DNA of 64,000 bases from Cyanophyceae cyanobacterium. Its GTDB lineage: Bacteria; Cyanobacteriota; Cyanobacteriia; Cyanobacteriales; Laspinemataceae. Of the stretch, positions 21,034 to 31,117 are shown in pieces (the first letter of the stretch is position 1; each line of letters opens with the position of its first letter). Location: positions 288,001 through 352,000 of the forward strand of contig JBBQFN010000001.1 of assembly GCA_038321985.1 (NCBI GenBank). The letters are read 5' to 3'. The translations under genes were made by a program, and so were the position numbers. Below the pieces are notes generated by a model. The model was not told the DNA's origin. It searched no databases and saw nothing but the letters and a program-made list of their open reading frames with translations.

Positions 21034-21432
21034 GAATCGGTGTTTTATTTAATAAATTTTTTAAGGAGAATATCGGGCGATCGCTTTTTTTTAAGGATGG
21101 GTTTCCAGGAGGGTAAGGGTCACAAACAGGGGGTTTTCCTGGTCCTATTCTGGGTTTTTCCGGTTATTGCTTCTCTTTTTCAGGGTAATGATATATTTTT
21201 TCCTCAACCCAGTTTTATTAATCTAATTGTATCCCCAATCTCTGTCCTTGTCTGCCTGGGTTTTAGATTTTTTGATAAATCAAGTTGCTCCCCTGGTATT
21301 TTTTAGGTAAAGAGGAGGGAGCCTTCCCCTTGGAGGAATAGGGGCTTAGACCTGAGAAAAAGCCCCGATAAAGGACTAACTTAGACGATAGGGTGGCTCT
21401 ATCTTAGCTCTAAGAAGGCTGTTATTAAGGGG

Positions 21433-22920
21433 TTAAGAAGGGCCGCCAATGAAAATGTCCCGCACCCGAACCGGGACGCAGGCATGAGTCATTTGGGCTA
21501 TTTGCATGGGTTCTCCTTTTCCACAGAGATTAGTGCCACACTGGATCTGCTCGGACTTGGGTCCGATCGCATCGACACTCTTCCAAAAATCCGTAGTCAT
21601 AGCTTGATAGGTGACATCTTTTAACATTCCAACTACCTTGCCATTTTTAACTTTCCAAAAGGCATCCCCGCCAAATTGAAAATTCCGTCGTTGTTGATCG
21701 ATGGAATAGCTGCCAATACCATCAATTAAAATTCCGTCTTCTGTATCGGCGATCGCTTCGGCTAGGGTCGCAGTATGGCTGCCTCCTTCCGGTCCCGGTT
21801 CCAAACCTAGATTGGGAATCCGCACCATTGGCACATTATACCAACTATCCGCATAAGCACATCCATTACTACTCCCCCGTCCCAGTCGTGCTGCCGTCTC
21901 GCGATCGGTGAGATAATCGACTAAAATTCCATCCTTGACAACGTACCATTCTTGTGATGCCACACCTTCATCGTCATACCCCATTGTTCCTCTTCCCCCC
22001 GGTTGAGTGCGATCGGCCTTAAAATTAACCCAAGGGGCGGCGTACTGTAGGCTTCCCAATCCATCGGTGGTAGCAAAACTGGTCCCGGCAAAATTCGCTT
22101 CGTAACCATACACGCGATCGAGTTCCGTAGGATGTCCAACGGATTCATGAATCGTTAAAAACAGATTCGTAGGCTTGAGAATTAAAGTCGTCTGAATTCC
22201 CGAGGGTCCTTTGGGTGCCTGAACTTTTTCGATCGCCTCCGTTGCCACGCGATCCACTTCCCCCAGCAAATCCTCCCGCTCAATATGTTCATACCCACGA
22301 TTTAAAGGAGGCCGTTCGTAGCTACGGCTTTGGGCATCTCCATTGGCAACAGCAGTGCAATTATATCCTGGATAACTGCGGTAAATGGTTTGTTCAATCA
22401 GTGACCCTTCCGTTGAGGCAAAGGTTTTCTGTTCCTGGGTAAAGCGCAGGAAAGACGAGGCTTTTTTAATGCCGCGATCGCCATACCCTAACAACCGCTC
22501 ATTAATTTCTAACAACAAATCCGCTTGATCCCCAATTGGAATGGCAAATGGATCAATTTCAATCGGGGTCACATACCTATCTTGATAGGCTTCTACGGGC
22601 ACTAAAGTCACGGGAGTTTGTTGAGTGAGGTGACTGCCTTTGGCAATCTCGATCGCCAGGGTGACAATTCGTCTAACTTCTTCCGAGGTCCTGCGATGAC
22701 TGGCAGCAAATCCCCAAGAGCCCCGATGTAAAACCCGCACGCCAAATCCGGAACTCACGCGATCGCTCAAGTTACTTAAAGAGCGATCTCGTGCCGTTAA
22801 ACTGCGATCGCGATAGCGACAGAGGCGGATTTCTCCATACTCACACCCGGCATGGCGAATCAAGGCGATCGCTTCGGTTGCTAAATCTTGATGGGTTATC
22901 TGAGTTGGCGCTTCTAGCAT
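21433..22920 (-). CDS. tldD: TldD family metalloprotease, catalytic subunit
   Basis: HESVGH (HExxxH) and C-terminal CGKGEP metal-ligand motif. Confidence 0.9.
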   Translation of the reverse strand: MLEAPTQITHQDLATEAIALIRHAGCEYGEIRLCRYRDRSLTARDRSLSNLSDRVSSGFGVRVLHRGSWGFAASHRRTSEEVRRIVTLAIEIAKGSHLTQQTPVTLVPVEAYQDRYVTPIEIDPFAIPIGDQADLLLEINERLLGYGDRGIKKASSFLRFTQEQKTFASTEGSLIEQTIYRSYPGYNCTAVANGDAQSRSYERPPLNRGYEHIEREDLLGEVDRVATEAIEKVQAPKGPSGIQTTLILKPTNLFLTIHESVGHPTELDRVYGYEANFAGTSFATTDGLGSLQYAAPWVNFKADRTQPGGRGTMGYDDEGVASQEWYVVKDGILVDYLTDRETAARLGRGSSNGCAYADSWYNVPMVRIPNLGLEPGPEGGSHTATLAEAIADTEDGILIDGIGSYSIDQQRRNFQFGGDAFWKVKNGKVVGMLKDVTYQAMTTDFWKSVDAIGPKSEQIQCGTNLCGKGEPMQIAQMTHACVPVRVRDIFIGGPS

Positions 22921-23142
22921 AACGGGTTTACCAGTGAGTTATTCTCTTTAATTCTATCTTGCCTCTATCCTGTCTAGATTGAAACAGTTCATTATTAGGC
23001 AAGAAAGTCTACAAAAACCGGCATCCATAAAGGATACAGCTACACAGACTCAACTGTATTTGTAGGTTTTCTTAAGAAGAAAAAATAGGTCTTTGCAAGC
23101 CCGATGGGGTATCAACTCCCGTAATTTAGCTATTCCCACCCT

Positions 23143-24204
23143 TTATCCGGGTTCGTTGATCCTAGGATCAGTTTGGAGACTGCCGCGACTGTCTAATAAA
23201 GTGGCGATCGCATTGGCAATTCGTTGTGCAGAACCGACAAAGAAGGTGCGATCAATGGTTTGAAAAGTATCGCTGGGTTGGTGGTAGTGAGGCGATCGCA
23301 GATTACCCGTATCGGTTACCAAAACTGCACCAATCCCTTGATACCAAAAGGGGGCATGATCACTGCGCAGGGTATCAGGAATCAATAATCCCTTGAAGGG
23401 AACCGCCAAAGTATAAATCAGCGGTAAATTAGCGGATGTTCCCATCTGGAACGATTCAATTAGGGGTAAATGTTCTGTATCCCCGACGAGGGCGATAAAA
23501 TCACCGCGATCGCTAGGAGGTTCTATGGGGAGTTGGGGGGGATAACCCTGACATCCGGGTTGATAACAAGCATATCCCACCATATCCACCACAATTGCAC
23601 CGCGCAAGTCCGCTATCCAGTCCGGATTGGTGGCGAAGGCAAAACTCCCATGTAATCCGATTTCCTCTAAATCAAAAAAAACCAACCGCAGCGATCGCTC
23701 AGTTTGCCGTTCCTGGAACAGTCGCGCCACTTCCAATAACACCGCAACACCACTGCCATTATCACTTGCACCGGCAGAACCCGGAACCGTATCATAATGT
23801 GCGCCTAGTAAGATAGTTCCCGCTTCGGGATTCTTGCCTAGTTTGTCTGCAATAATATTAATTCCCCCGTCAAAGGGATGGGATTGCGTTGTCCATCCTG
23901 CTGCTATCAGGCGACTGCGGATATACTCTCGCGATCGCTCTCGGCTGTCTGGGGTAGAACGATCAAAGGCTAATTCTTCTAAATCTGCCATCAGGCGATC
24001 GGGGACGACTGCCGGAGCACGCACGAACTCCATTTTCAGGGGGTCGGGTTTGGGAATACCGGGGACTGGATCGGCTGGCTGCTGTGAGATGGGAGCATCA
24101 GGGCGATCGGATGATACCGGCGAGCGATCGCGCTCAAAACTAACCGCAATTACAACGGCGATCGCCATCAGCAGGCACAGCAGAATCCAGATTTTTTGTC
24201 TCAT
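23143..24204 (-). CDS. M28 family metallopeptidase with an N-terminal anchor
   Basis: GAHYD, GASDNGSG, FDLEE, DM, RSDH, YHQPSD. Confidence 0.9.
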   Translation of the reverse strand: MRQKIWILLCLLMAIAVVIAVSFERDRSPVSSDRPDAPISQQPADPVPGIPKPDPLKMEFVRAPAVVPDRLMADLEELAFDRSTPDSRERSREYIRSRLIAAGWTTQSHPFDGGINIIADKLGKNPEAGTILLGAHYDTVPGSAGASDNGSGVAVLLEVARLFQERQTERSLRLVFFDLEEIGLHGSFAFATNPDWIADLRGAIVVDMVGYACYQPGCQGYPPQLPIEPPSDRGDFIALVGDTEHLPLIESFQMGTSANLPLIYTLAVPFKGLLIPDTLRSDHAPFWYQGIGAVLVTDTGNLRSPHYHQPSDTFQTIDRTFFVGSAQRIANAIATLLDSRGSLQTDPRINEPG

Positions 24205-24269
24205 GGTTTCGTATTCATCAAATCAACTTCGTCAGGCATCCGCAAGGGTTAATGAAAGCAAAAAGTCTA

Positions 24270-24301
24270 ATGTAGAGACGCGAAATTTCGCATCTCTACA
24301 T
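24270..24301. repeat. GTAG-type REP/SDR palindrome
   Basis: ATGTAGAGACGCGAAATTTCGCATCTCTACAT, a near-perfect palindrome. Confidence 0.8.
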
Positions 24302-24320
24302 ATAAACGAGAGCGTCAACT

Positions 24321-25289
24321 CTACAAAGTTTTAACGTAAGAAAGCCAACTTTGTACCGGACGGAACCCCATCGCATCATACAATCGAGTTGCACCCGTAG
24401 CACTATCTGCATCAACACCTAGCTTGATGCTGGTAGCTCCTGCGGCGTGGAGTCGGTGCATGGTGGCAAGGAGCATAGAACGACCTAATCCCATCCTCCG
24501 AAAGCCGCGCCGGGTTCCTAACCAGCTAATCCAGCCGGTTTTGGTGGATTGGGGTAAGCAGGTTTGGAGAGAACTTTGGCAAAGGGCAGCAAAAGTACCA
24601 TTGGGGGCGATCGCCACTAAATCAAATTCCCGTTGATAGTTCGGATCCTGTTGCCAATCTTGAAAACTACTTAGGGTTAAATCGTGGTGATCCCAATGGT
24701 CGATAAAAGATTCGTTATATAAGTCTACCCAGGCTTGGGCCTCCCGTTCCGGATCTACCGATCGCCGGGTAAATCCCGTAGGAAATTCTGGGATAGGTAA
24801 GGTTTCCAAATCGGATTTGACTAGGGTCAAAAAGGTCCGTTCTAAGCTAAAATTATGCCGTTCTAGGGTAGCAATTCTAATTAAGGCTTCGGCACGAGTT
24901 TTGGTGTGTAAGTGGATACTCAGTCCGCTATTACTCCCTATATCTCGTAGGCGATTTTCTGCCCAATCTAAAATTTCAGTTTCTAAAGGAATAAAGCCCT
25001 CGTTAAAGCTATTTCCCAAGGAATCTTTGGGGTCAACGTAAAACCACAAATACCCATCTAATCCTTGGTCCGGTTCCGGTATCCAAAGTTGTCCAAACCC
25101 TCGTAGGTGACCGTTCTGGTCTTTCCATAAACGCCGAGACCTGACCGATGAGGTCGTGACGATCCATTTAAGGTCTGCAATTGATTTATCTTCATCTAGT
25201 AAACCATCGATTTCACAGGTTTTAACTAGCTCAGCAATCTGTTGTAAGTCTGTTTCGCCCGCTACGGGGCATCTACTGATGATACTCAT
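24321..25289 (-). CDS. Tandem GNAT acetyltransferase
   Basis: LGTRRGFRRMGLGRSML acetyl-CoA motif; LGVDADSATGATRLYDAMGF; start taken at MSIISR. Confidence 0.88.
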   Translation of the reverse strand: MSIISRCPVAGETDLQQIAELVKTCEIDGLLDEDKSIADLKWIVTTSSVRSRRLWKDQNGHLRGFGQLWIPEPDQGLDGYLWFYVDPKDSLGNSFNEGFIPLETEILDWAENRLRDIGSNSGLSIHLHTKTRAEALIRIATLERHNFSLERTFLTLVKSDLETLPIPEFPTGFTRRSVDPEREAQAWVDLYNESFIDHWDHHDLTLSSFQDWQQDPNYQREFDLVAIAPNGTFAALCQSSLQTCLPQSTKTGWISWLGTRRGFRRMGLGRSMLLATMHRLHAAGATSIKLGVDADSATGATRLYDAMGFRPVQSWLSYVKTL

Positions 25290-26025
25290 AAAAAAAATGA
25301 ATGGATTGGAAAGAAAGGACAGGACAAACGCAGTCACGTTGGTCTATAAGTTGGAATAAAACAGCAGATCAATTGCCGGAGGTTTCACATCCTGCTCGCT
25401 ACCCAAAATACCAAAAAAATAGCGAGGAAGATGCAAACCGAGTGGTCCGGCTTACCTGCACTCCTTGGACTCCCTACGGTCCCTAAAAACTGACCTGCTG
25501 AGCGCGATCGCCCAGCCGGACATCTTCAGCCTATCCCGCCAATTTTTTTGTATAACCATTAAAACTGAACGGCAACGGCTCGGCCCCAAAGCTCTATTAC
25601 GAACCCCCGACTCCCCAGGGCAGTCGGATCAGGGGTTCATTTTGTTAAGGTATTTATGGATACTCAACCGCTAAGTATGAGGCAGTCTCATACAAATTTA
25701 ATCCTCTATATTACTGGGTTTGATTGCGGCAGCAAACTTGATCCAAGTCGAACTATTCTGTTCGCTTGCAGCCGTAGAGTGATCAAGTTTTCTGTTCTGG
25801 ACTATCGATTCGTTATCGTTGCCGATGGATTATATCCAATTAAAGTTATCCACCCCCAGTTTAGGTTTGGTGAGTCTCTTAAGATTATACACCATAAACC
25901 CCACAGTCTCCGCAAAAGTTTTTTAATCACGGGGAAAGAAACAAGCTGAAACTGGCTTTGGAGATAGATTTAAGAGCATTTGAGGAGGGGGAGCATTTCC
26001 CCAGGGAAGCCCATAAAATCCTTAG

Positions 26026-26046
26026 TTCTTAATTCTTAATTCTTAA
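26026..26046. repeat. Heptamer tandem repeat (TTCTTAA)x3, STRR-like
   Basis: Directly visible. Confidence 0.6.
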
Positions 26047-26149
26047 TTTTATATCAGTCATTTTCCCGGCGAGGGAAAGGGCCGCATTTATCTATCCCCC
26101 TCCCCAGCATAGAGATTCCCAGCTAAATAAGATAAGATAACGAAGCTAC

Positions 26150-26285
26150 AGAAAGGGCGAGGGGAAACTCCGGTGAAAGTCCGAGGCTGTGCGGCAACTG
26201 TCAGCGATATGGGTCTGGGTCCCCAGGGTATTATTAGCTCTAGGACACAGAAAAAATCGCAAGCCAGAACACCCTCGCCCGTTAT
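26150..26285 (+). promoter_or_regulatory. Cobalamin riboswitch
   Basis: GGGAA-ACTCCGGTGAAAGTCCGAGGCTGTGCGGCAACTGT core and AAGCCAGAAC 3' box; closing helix GGGCGAGGG/CCCTCGCCC; directly upstream of cbiX. Confidence 0.85.
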
Positions 26286-26334
26286 TTGCTCACTCGATTT
26301 CCTGCCTCGCACGGGACAAGGAGCCTGAATTTTA

Positions 26335-27363
26335 ATGCCAAACGTCAAAACATCCGACCTCATAGAAATTACATCCCAGACTGCCCAGTTGCAGTCCCGG
26401 GGATTACCCCCTTTACCGATACAGCGTCCTCTATTGCTGGTCGGTCATGGGACCCGAGACGAACGGGGACGACAAACTTTCTTGGATTTTGCGGCAGCCT
26501 ATACAGCCTTAGACCCCTCGCGTTTGGTCGTGCCTTGTTTCCTAGAACTGACTGAGCCTAGCATTCAGGAGGGGGTAGATCGGTGTGTGGACCTGGGATA
26601 TTCGGAATTTTCTGTGTTGCCGGTTCTGCTATTTGCAGCCCGCCACAATAAATTTGATATTACCAATGAATTAGACCGAGCCCGGGAACGCCATCCCCAT
26701 CTCAAATTTTATTACGGGCGACATTTTGGGATTGCTCCGGGAATTGTGGAATTGTGGCGATCGCGACTGGCTCAACTCGACGAACCCGAGCATAATCCCC
26801 ATCAAATTGAGCGATCGGATACGGTTTTGCTATTTGTGGGACGCGGTTCTAGCGACCCCGATGCCAACAGCGATGTCTATAAAATCGCCCGAATTCTTTG
26901 GGAGGGAAGCGGTTATAAAACCGTAGAAGTCTGTTTTATTGGCATTACCCATCCCCGATTAGAAGAAGGATTCGATCGCGCTCGACTGTTCCAACCCAAG
27001 CGGATTATTGTCATTCCTTATTTCCTGTTTACAGGCGTTTTAGTTCAGAAAATTTTCGATATCACTGCTGCACAGCAAGAACAATGGCCGGAACTATCCA
27101 TTACCGCACTGCCGGAAATGGGCATTCACCCGGAATTGCTTACCCTTCTGCGCGATCGCGAGATTGAAACCCATTTGGGGCAGGTGCAAATGAACTGTGA
27201 AATGTGCAAGTTTCGGTTAATGGCAAAGTCTCAGGGTCACGGTCATGATCACGGCCATGATCACGGTCATAATCACGGTCATGATCACGGTCATGATCAC
27301 GGTACTCCAGACCCCTATGCCGATGTTGATGCCTACCATCAACGGATTTGGCAAACTCCCTAA
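26335..27363 (+). CDS. cbiX: Sirohydrochlorin cobaltochelatase, long form with His-rich tail
   Basis: [34 protein letters not shown] motif and a (GHDH)n tail. Confidence 0.93.
   Translation: MPNVKTSDLIEITSQTAQLQSRGLPPLPIQRPLLLVGHGTRDERGRQTFLDFAAAYTALDPSRLVVPCFLELTEPSIQEGVDRCVDLGYSEFSVLPVLLFAARHNKFDITNELDRARERHPHLKFYYGRHFGIAPGIVELWRSRLAQLDEPEHNPHQIERSDTVLLFVGRGSSDPDANSDVYKIARILWEGSGYKTVEVCFIGITHPRLEEGFDRARLFQPKRIIVIPYFLFTGVLVQKIFDITAAQQEQWPELSITALPEMGIHPELLTLLRDREIETHLGQVQMNCEMCKFRLMAKSQGHGHDHGHDHGHNHGHDHGHDHGTPDPYADVDAYHQRIWQTP
27241..27300 (+). repeat. 12 bp tandem repeat GGTCATGATCAC x5 encoding the CbiX His tail
   Basis: Directly visible, with two variant units. Confidence 0.9.
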
Positions 27364-27403
27364 ACACCTCCAGTCCCCTCCCCTATGTCTTGGGTAGGCC
27401 ACT

Positions 27404-27457
27404 TAAATTTAAAGCCCCAGAATTTCGCGTCTGTGCCATTCTGGGGCTTTAAATTTA
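27404..27457. terminator. 20 bp perfect inverted repeat between convergent cbiX and kinase genes
   Basis: TAAATTTAAAGCCCCAGAAT ... ATTCTGGGGCTTTAAATTTA. Confidence 0.65.
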
Positions 27458-27582
27458 GGTCAATTATTGATAACTTCATTTATCTCCACTAATCCTAAAG
27501 ATAGATGTTTTTATCTTAAAAGCCCTTTCCTTTTATAGCCGTTCCCACCGTTATAGAGGTTTCCGGACTCATGAGGTACTCA

Positions 27583-27662
27583 TACCAAATCCGGGTATCA
27601 AAAGTCGTTTAATTTCATCTGATGTTTCCCTCCCCTTTACAAGGGGAGGGTTAGGGTGGGGT
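27583..27662. repeat. Partial MITE-like end plus a cyanobacterial dispersed hairpin repeat
   Basis: TACCAAATCCGGGTATCAAAAGTC (same end family as 6958 and 37878), followed by CCCTCCCCTTTACAAGGGGAGGGTTAGGGTGGGG. Confidence 0.55.
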
Positions 27663-27747
27663 CCACTAAGTTAGTCTCCTAAAGAAGATTTAGAATACAG
27701 GGTAAGGACACTACTGTGTAGTGCTTTTTAATCCTAGGGTAAATACT

Positions 27748-29085
27748 CTACTGGGCGGTTGAGGATTGGCGCTTTTTTAAAGGGCGGGATTTTGGGGGTG
27801 GGGTAGTAGGCAGGGTAATCGTTAAAGTTGTGCCAACCCCGACGGTGCTCTCGACTCTGATAGTGCCGGAAAGCAAGTCTAGGGACTTTTTGACGATCGC
27901 CAATCCTAAACCCGACCCTGGAACCTCGCCGACGTTACGGGCGCGATAAAAAATTTCAAACAAATGAGGGATATCCTCGGGGGGAATACCTTTACCATAA
28001 TCGCGAAAAATAAAAATTGCGTGATCATCTTCACAATCTACAAGAAAGTCAATTTGACTGCCTTCGGGAGTAAATTTGAAACAATTAGCCAGAACATTGC
28101 ACAGAATGTGTCGGAGCAATTTATTATTTATACAGACCGAGCCATATTCCCCGCTAATCTCAAAATTAATCTCACGAACACCTGGATTATAGAGGTGTTT
28201 ACATTCTTCTATCAGATTCTCACAAAATTGCTGTAAATCTAGTTGAGACGATTGCAGTGCATAAGAATCTTTGTCCCCATTAAAAATTAGAATATCATCT
28301 AAAATAAGGGTCATCTGCTTAATCGCCAACCGAATTTTATCAAAAACGGGCGTTCTTTTTGAGTGTTTTACACCTTCACTATAGCGTTCTAATAGTTGTG
28401 TGCCCAAGTGAATCGTGTTGAGGGGCGTGCGAAATTCCTGGGAAAGAATCTGGATAAATCTAGATTTGATGAGGTGTAATTCTTTTTCGACTACCAGTTC
28501 TTGGCGATTTTTTTCCGCTTCCTTTAACTCGGTAATATTGCGAATTAACCAGCGAAACCCGATGGCGCTGCCCTGGCGATCATAAATAGTAGAGACAGAA
28601 ATCACCGAGGAAAAAGACGCGCCACTGCGCGGGTGCATTTCCACTTCCCATTCCGTTAAAGATTTCAAAGTTTTAAGTTGCCCTAGCTGGGTGCGAAATG
28701 CACTCCGTTGTGGAAGCGCTACAAAACCCGCGAGGGGTTTATCGCGAAGAAATGAGTGGCGCAGGTTAAAAAGCTGTTCCGCTGCCTTATTCGCTTCTTC
28801 GATCACCCCGACGGCATTCGTCACCAAATAGGGGTCCGGTGCTTCTTCAAATAGTGTTTGATAGCGCTCACGCTCTATTTCTACTTGTTCACGAGTAGAG
28901 AGCAATTCTTGATTTTGCTCCCGTAGCTCTTCTGTAACTACGTGCAGTTCTTCTAAAGCCATTGAGAGTTGGCCGAACAGTTCTTCTAGCAAGTCGGGTG
29001 GAGGAGAGGGAAACTCCTCAACCAGTTGTTGCATCTGCTCTAAACGCACTCTAGCAATTTCAATTTGCCCGGTAAAATTTTCCAT
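27748..29085 (-). CDS. Coiled-coil/PAS sensor histidine kinase with a His-to-Gln H-box
   Basis: PAS ending IRNITE, H-box LSQEFRTPL, N-box NVLANCFKF, DYGKGI, FYR, GSGLGL. Confidence 0.88.
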   Translation of the reverse strand: MENFTGQIEIARVRLEQMQQLVEEFPSPPPDLLEELFGQLSMALEELHVVTEELREQNQELLSTREQVEIERERYQTLFEEAPDPYLVTNAVGVIEEANKAAEQLFNLRHSFLRDKPLAGFVALPQRSAFRTQLGQLKTLKSLTEWEVEMHPRSGASFSSVISVSTIYDRQGSAIGFRWLIRNITELKEAEKNRQELVVEKELHLIKSRFIQILSQEFRTPLNTIHLGTQLLERYSEGVKHSKRTPVFDKIRLAIKQMTLILDDILIFNGDKDSYALQSSQLDLQQFCENLIEECKHLYNPGVREINFEISGEYGSVCINNKLLRHILCNVLANCFKFTPEGSQIDFLVDCEDDHAIFIFRDYGKGIPPEDIPHLFEIFYRARNVGEVPGSGLGLAIVKKSLDLLSGTIRVESTVGVGTTLTITLPTTPPPKSRPLKKRQSSTAQ

Positions 29086-29272
29086 TTTATTTTTTATATT
29101 TTTTAAATCCTAACTTTAGGATAGGCGGTAATTGCCAATGCATCAACCCCCATGAAAAAAAAGATAAAAAATTCTAGAGGGGGTACCTCCCGACAGCAAG
29201 TTAGTCCCCTTAAAAATTTTTAAGCTAGGGGCAAAACTAAGGGTAACATTAAAAAAAATAATGCAGCCAGGG

Positions 29273-31117
29273 TTACACTTCCTTGATTAGGAGAATTACA
29301 CCATGAGGTTCTTTACTGCCATCTTTGAGTGGATTAAACTTGAAGCTATACTTAATCGAGTTTTCTTCAGGGGTCAGGCCATCAATAATCATTTCTTGAT
29401 TTTTTGAAGTTCCCTTCAAACATTGATGGAGAGGGTCTCTCAGGAGTTCCACGGGCAAACCAATATTCAGGCTAAACAGAGATTTTCCGTCTACTTCATC
29501 CGTTTTACCTCCCCAGATATTTTGGGCTGCCTTATTCCAGATTTGAACCTGCAATTGCCGGTCTACTACGATGATCGCTACGTCAAGACTGGTAATAATA
29601 GACTCTAAAAAAGCATTACATTGATCGAGTTCTATGGTTCTTCTGCCTAGTTCATCATTGATAGTTTGAAGTTCTTCATTACTTGATTGAAGCTCCTCAT
29701 TCATGTTTTCTAATTCTTCATTAGTAGCCTGGAGTTCTTCGTTGGTACTTTCTAATTCTTCATGGCTAGACTGAAGTTCTTCATTGATAGTCTCCAATTC
29801 CTCATTACTAGAATGGAGTTCTTCATTCATCGTCTCTAGTTCTTGGTTAGAACGTAGAAGTTTTTCTTGCAATTGATGATAGGGTGTGACTTCGTTAAAT
29901 GTGATACTAACTCCTAGGGGATCACCGCCATTTTCTTGTAACCCAGAGACTTCGATATCAAAATATTGAATGCTGTCATCACTCCAAGTGTGAATTACAT
30001 CGCTCAATATAATAGAGTGGCCATCTTTGTAAACCTTTTCGATGGGCGATCGCAACTCAACGGGACAGTAGGAAATTTCCAAATCCTGGAATGGCCGTCC
30101 GAGATCTACGAGTTCAATGCCAAAACGGGAGCGAGCGAGTTGATTGGCTAGCATTAGAATACCCTCGGAGTCAATGACTATCTGAGCCATGGACACCGCA
30201 TGGAAAGCTGCTTCCATTAGGCGCATATTCAAGGCCAAGCGACTGCCCAATTCCTCTTTTCTATTTTTTGTCAAGATCAATAGGCGATCGCGCAGGTCGT
30301 TGGGTTTTGCTTTCGTAAAGATGCGGTCTTGTAAATTTATGGGGCTAAAGAGTTCCGGATGAGTTATCAACATTTCGGCTTTACCCAAAAACAAAAAGCC
30401 TGTCTCTTTAAGCGCAAAATGAAAGCGAGCCAGAATCCGCTTTTGAGTTTCGGCATTAAAATACATCAGGGTATTGCGGCATACCAACAAATCGAGACGA
30501 GAAATGGGAGCATCCTGAATCAAATCATGGCGACCAAAAATCACCACCCGCCGCAGATCTCCATCAAATATAAAGCGATCGCCCACGGTTTTAAAGTATC
30601 GCTGCTGGAACTGCTCACTTATACCGGCGACGTCTGTAGCGCTATAGCTGGCACTCCGTGCCTGTGCCAACGCTTCGTCATCGACATCGGTGGCGTAAAT
30701 CTTGACCCGTCTGAGGCACTCTTCGACTCCCAGGGTTTCTGCCAATAAGATAGCCAAGGTGCAGGCTTCTTCCCCGGAGGCACAACCGGCTGTCCAGAAA
30801 CGCAGGGGTTCCTCGGGGGATTTATGTTTAATAATCTGCGGCAGGATATGCTCTACTAAATATTGCCAGGAGGTTGGATCTCGAAAAAAGCTAGTAACGT
30901 TAATTAAGATTGTATTGAAGAGGGCGGGGAATTCTTGGGGGTGACCTTTTAGGTACTCCAGATAATCTTCAAAGTTGCTAATATTATGCACTTGCATTCG
31001 CTTGAGAAATCGACGCTCAAGGGTAGAACGCTTATATCCCGCAAAATCAAAGCCCCGCGATCGGCTCAAATATTCTAGAAGTGTTGCAAAGATTAAAGTC
31101 TGTTCAGTTGCAGTCAT
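29273..31117 (-). CDS. CheR-type methyltransferase with PAS and a long coiled coil; no CheB domain
   Basis: INVTSFFRDP, WTAGCASGEE, IYATDVD, LLVCRNTLMYF, LFLGKAE and repeated NEEL heptads; start taken at MTATEQ. Confidence 0.92.
   Translation of the reverse strand: MTATEQTLIFATLLEYLSRSRGFDFAGYKRSTLERRFLKRMQVHNISNFEDYLEYLKGHPQEFPALFNTILINVTSFFRDPTSWQYLVEHILPQIIKHKSPEEPLRFWTAGCASGEEACTLAILLAETLGVEECLRRVKIYATDVDDEALAQARSASYSATDVAGISEQFQQRYFKTVGDRFIFDGDLRRVVIFGRHDLIQDAPISRLDLLVCRNTLMYFNAETQKRILARFHFALKETGFLFLGKAEMLITHPELFSPINLQDRIFTKAKPNDLRDRLLILTKNRKEELGSRLALNMRLMEAAFHAVSMAQIVIDSEGILMLANQLARSRFGIELVDLGRPFQDLEISYCPVELRSPIEKVYKDGHSIILSDVIHTWSDDSIQYFDIEVSGLQENGGDPLGVSITFNEVTPYHQLQEKLLRSNQELETMNEELHSSNEELETINEELQSSHEELESTNEELQATNEELENMNEELQSSNEELQTINDELGRRTIELDQCNAFLESIITSLDVAIIVVDRQLQVQIWNKAAQNIWGGKTDEVDGKSLFSLNIGLPVELLRDPLHQCLKGTSKNQEMIIDGLTPEENSIKYSFKFNPLKDGSKEPHGVILLIKEV

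Noticed and set aside
21433..25289. TldD, M28 peptidase and GNAT as a RiPP biosynthetic cluster
   Set aside because: No precursor peptide, YcaO, ATP-grasp, radical SAM or lanthionine synthetase gene and no peptide exporter nearby
25465..25949. ORFs of 69 and 97 aa between GNAT and cbiX
   Set aside because: No recognisable motifs or RBS, and they overlap dispersed repeats; probably spurious
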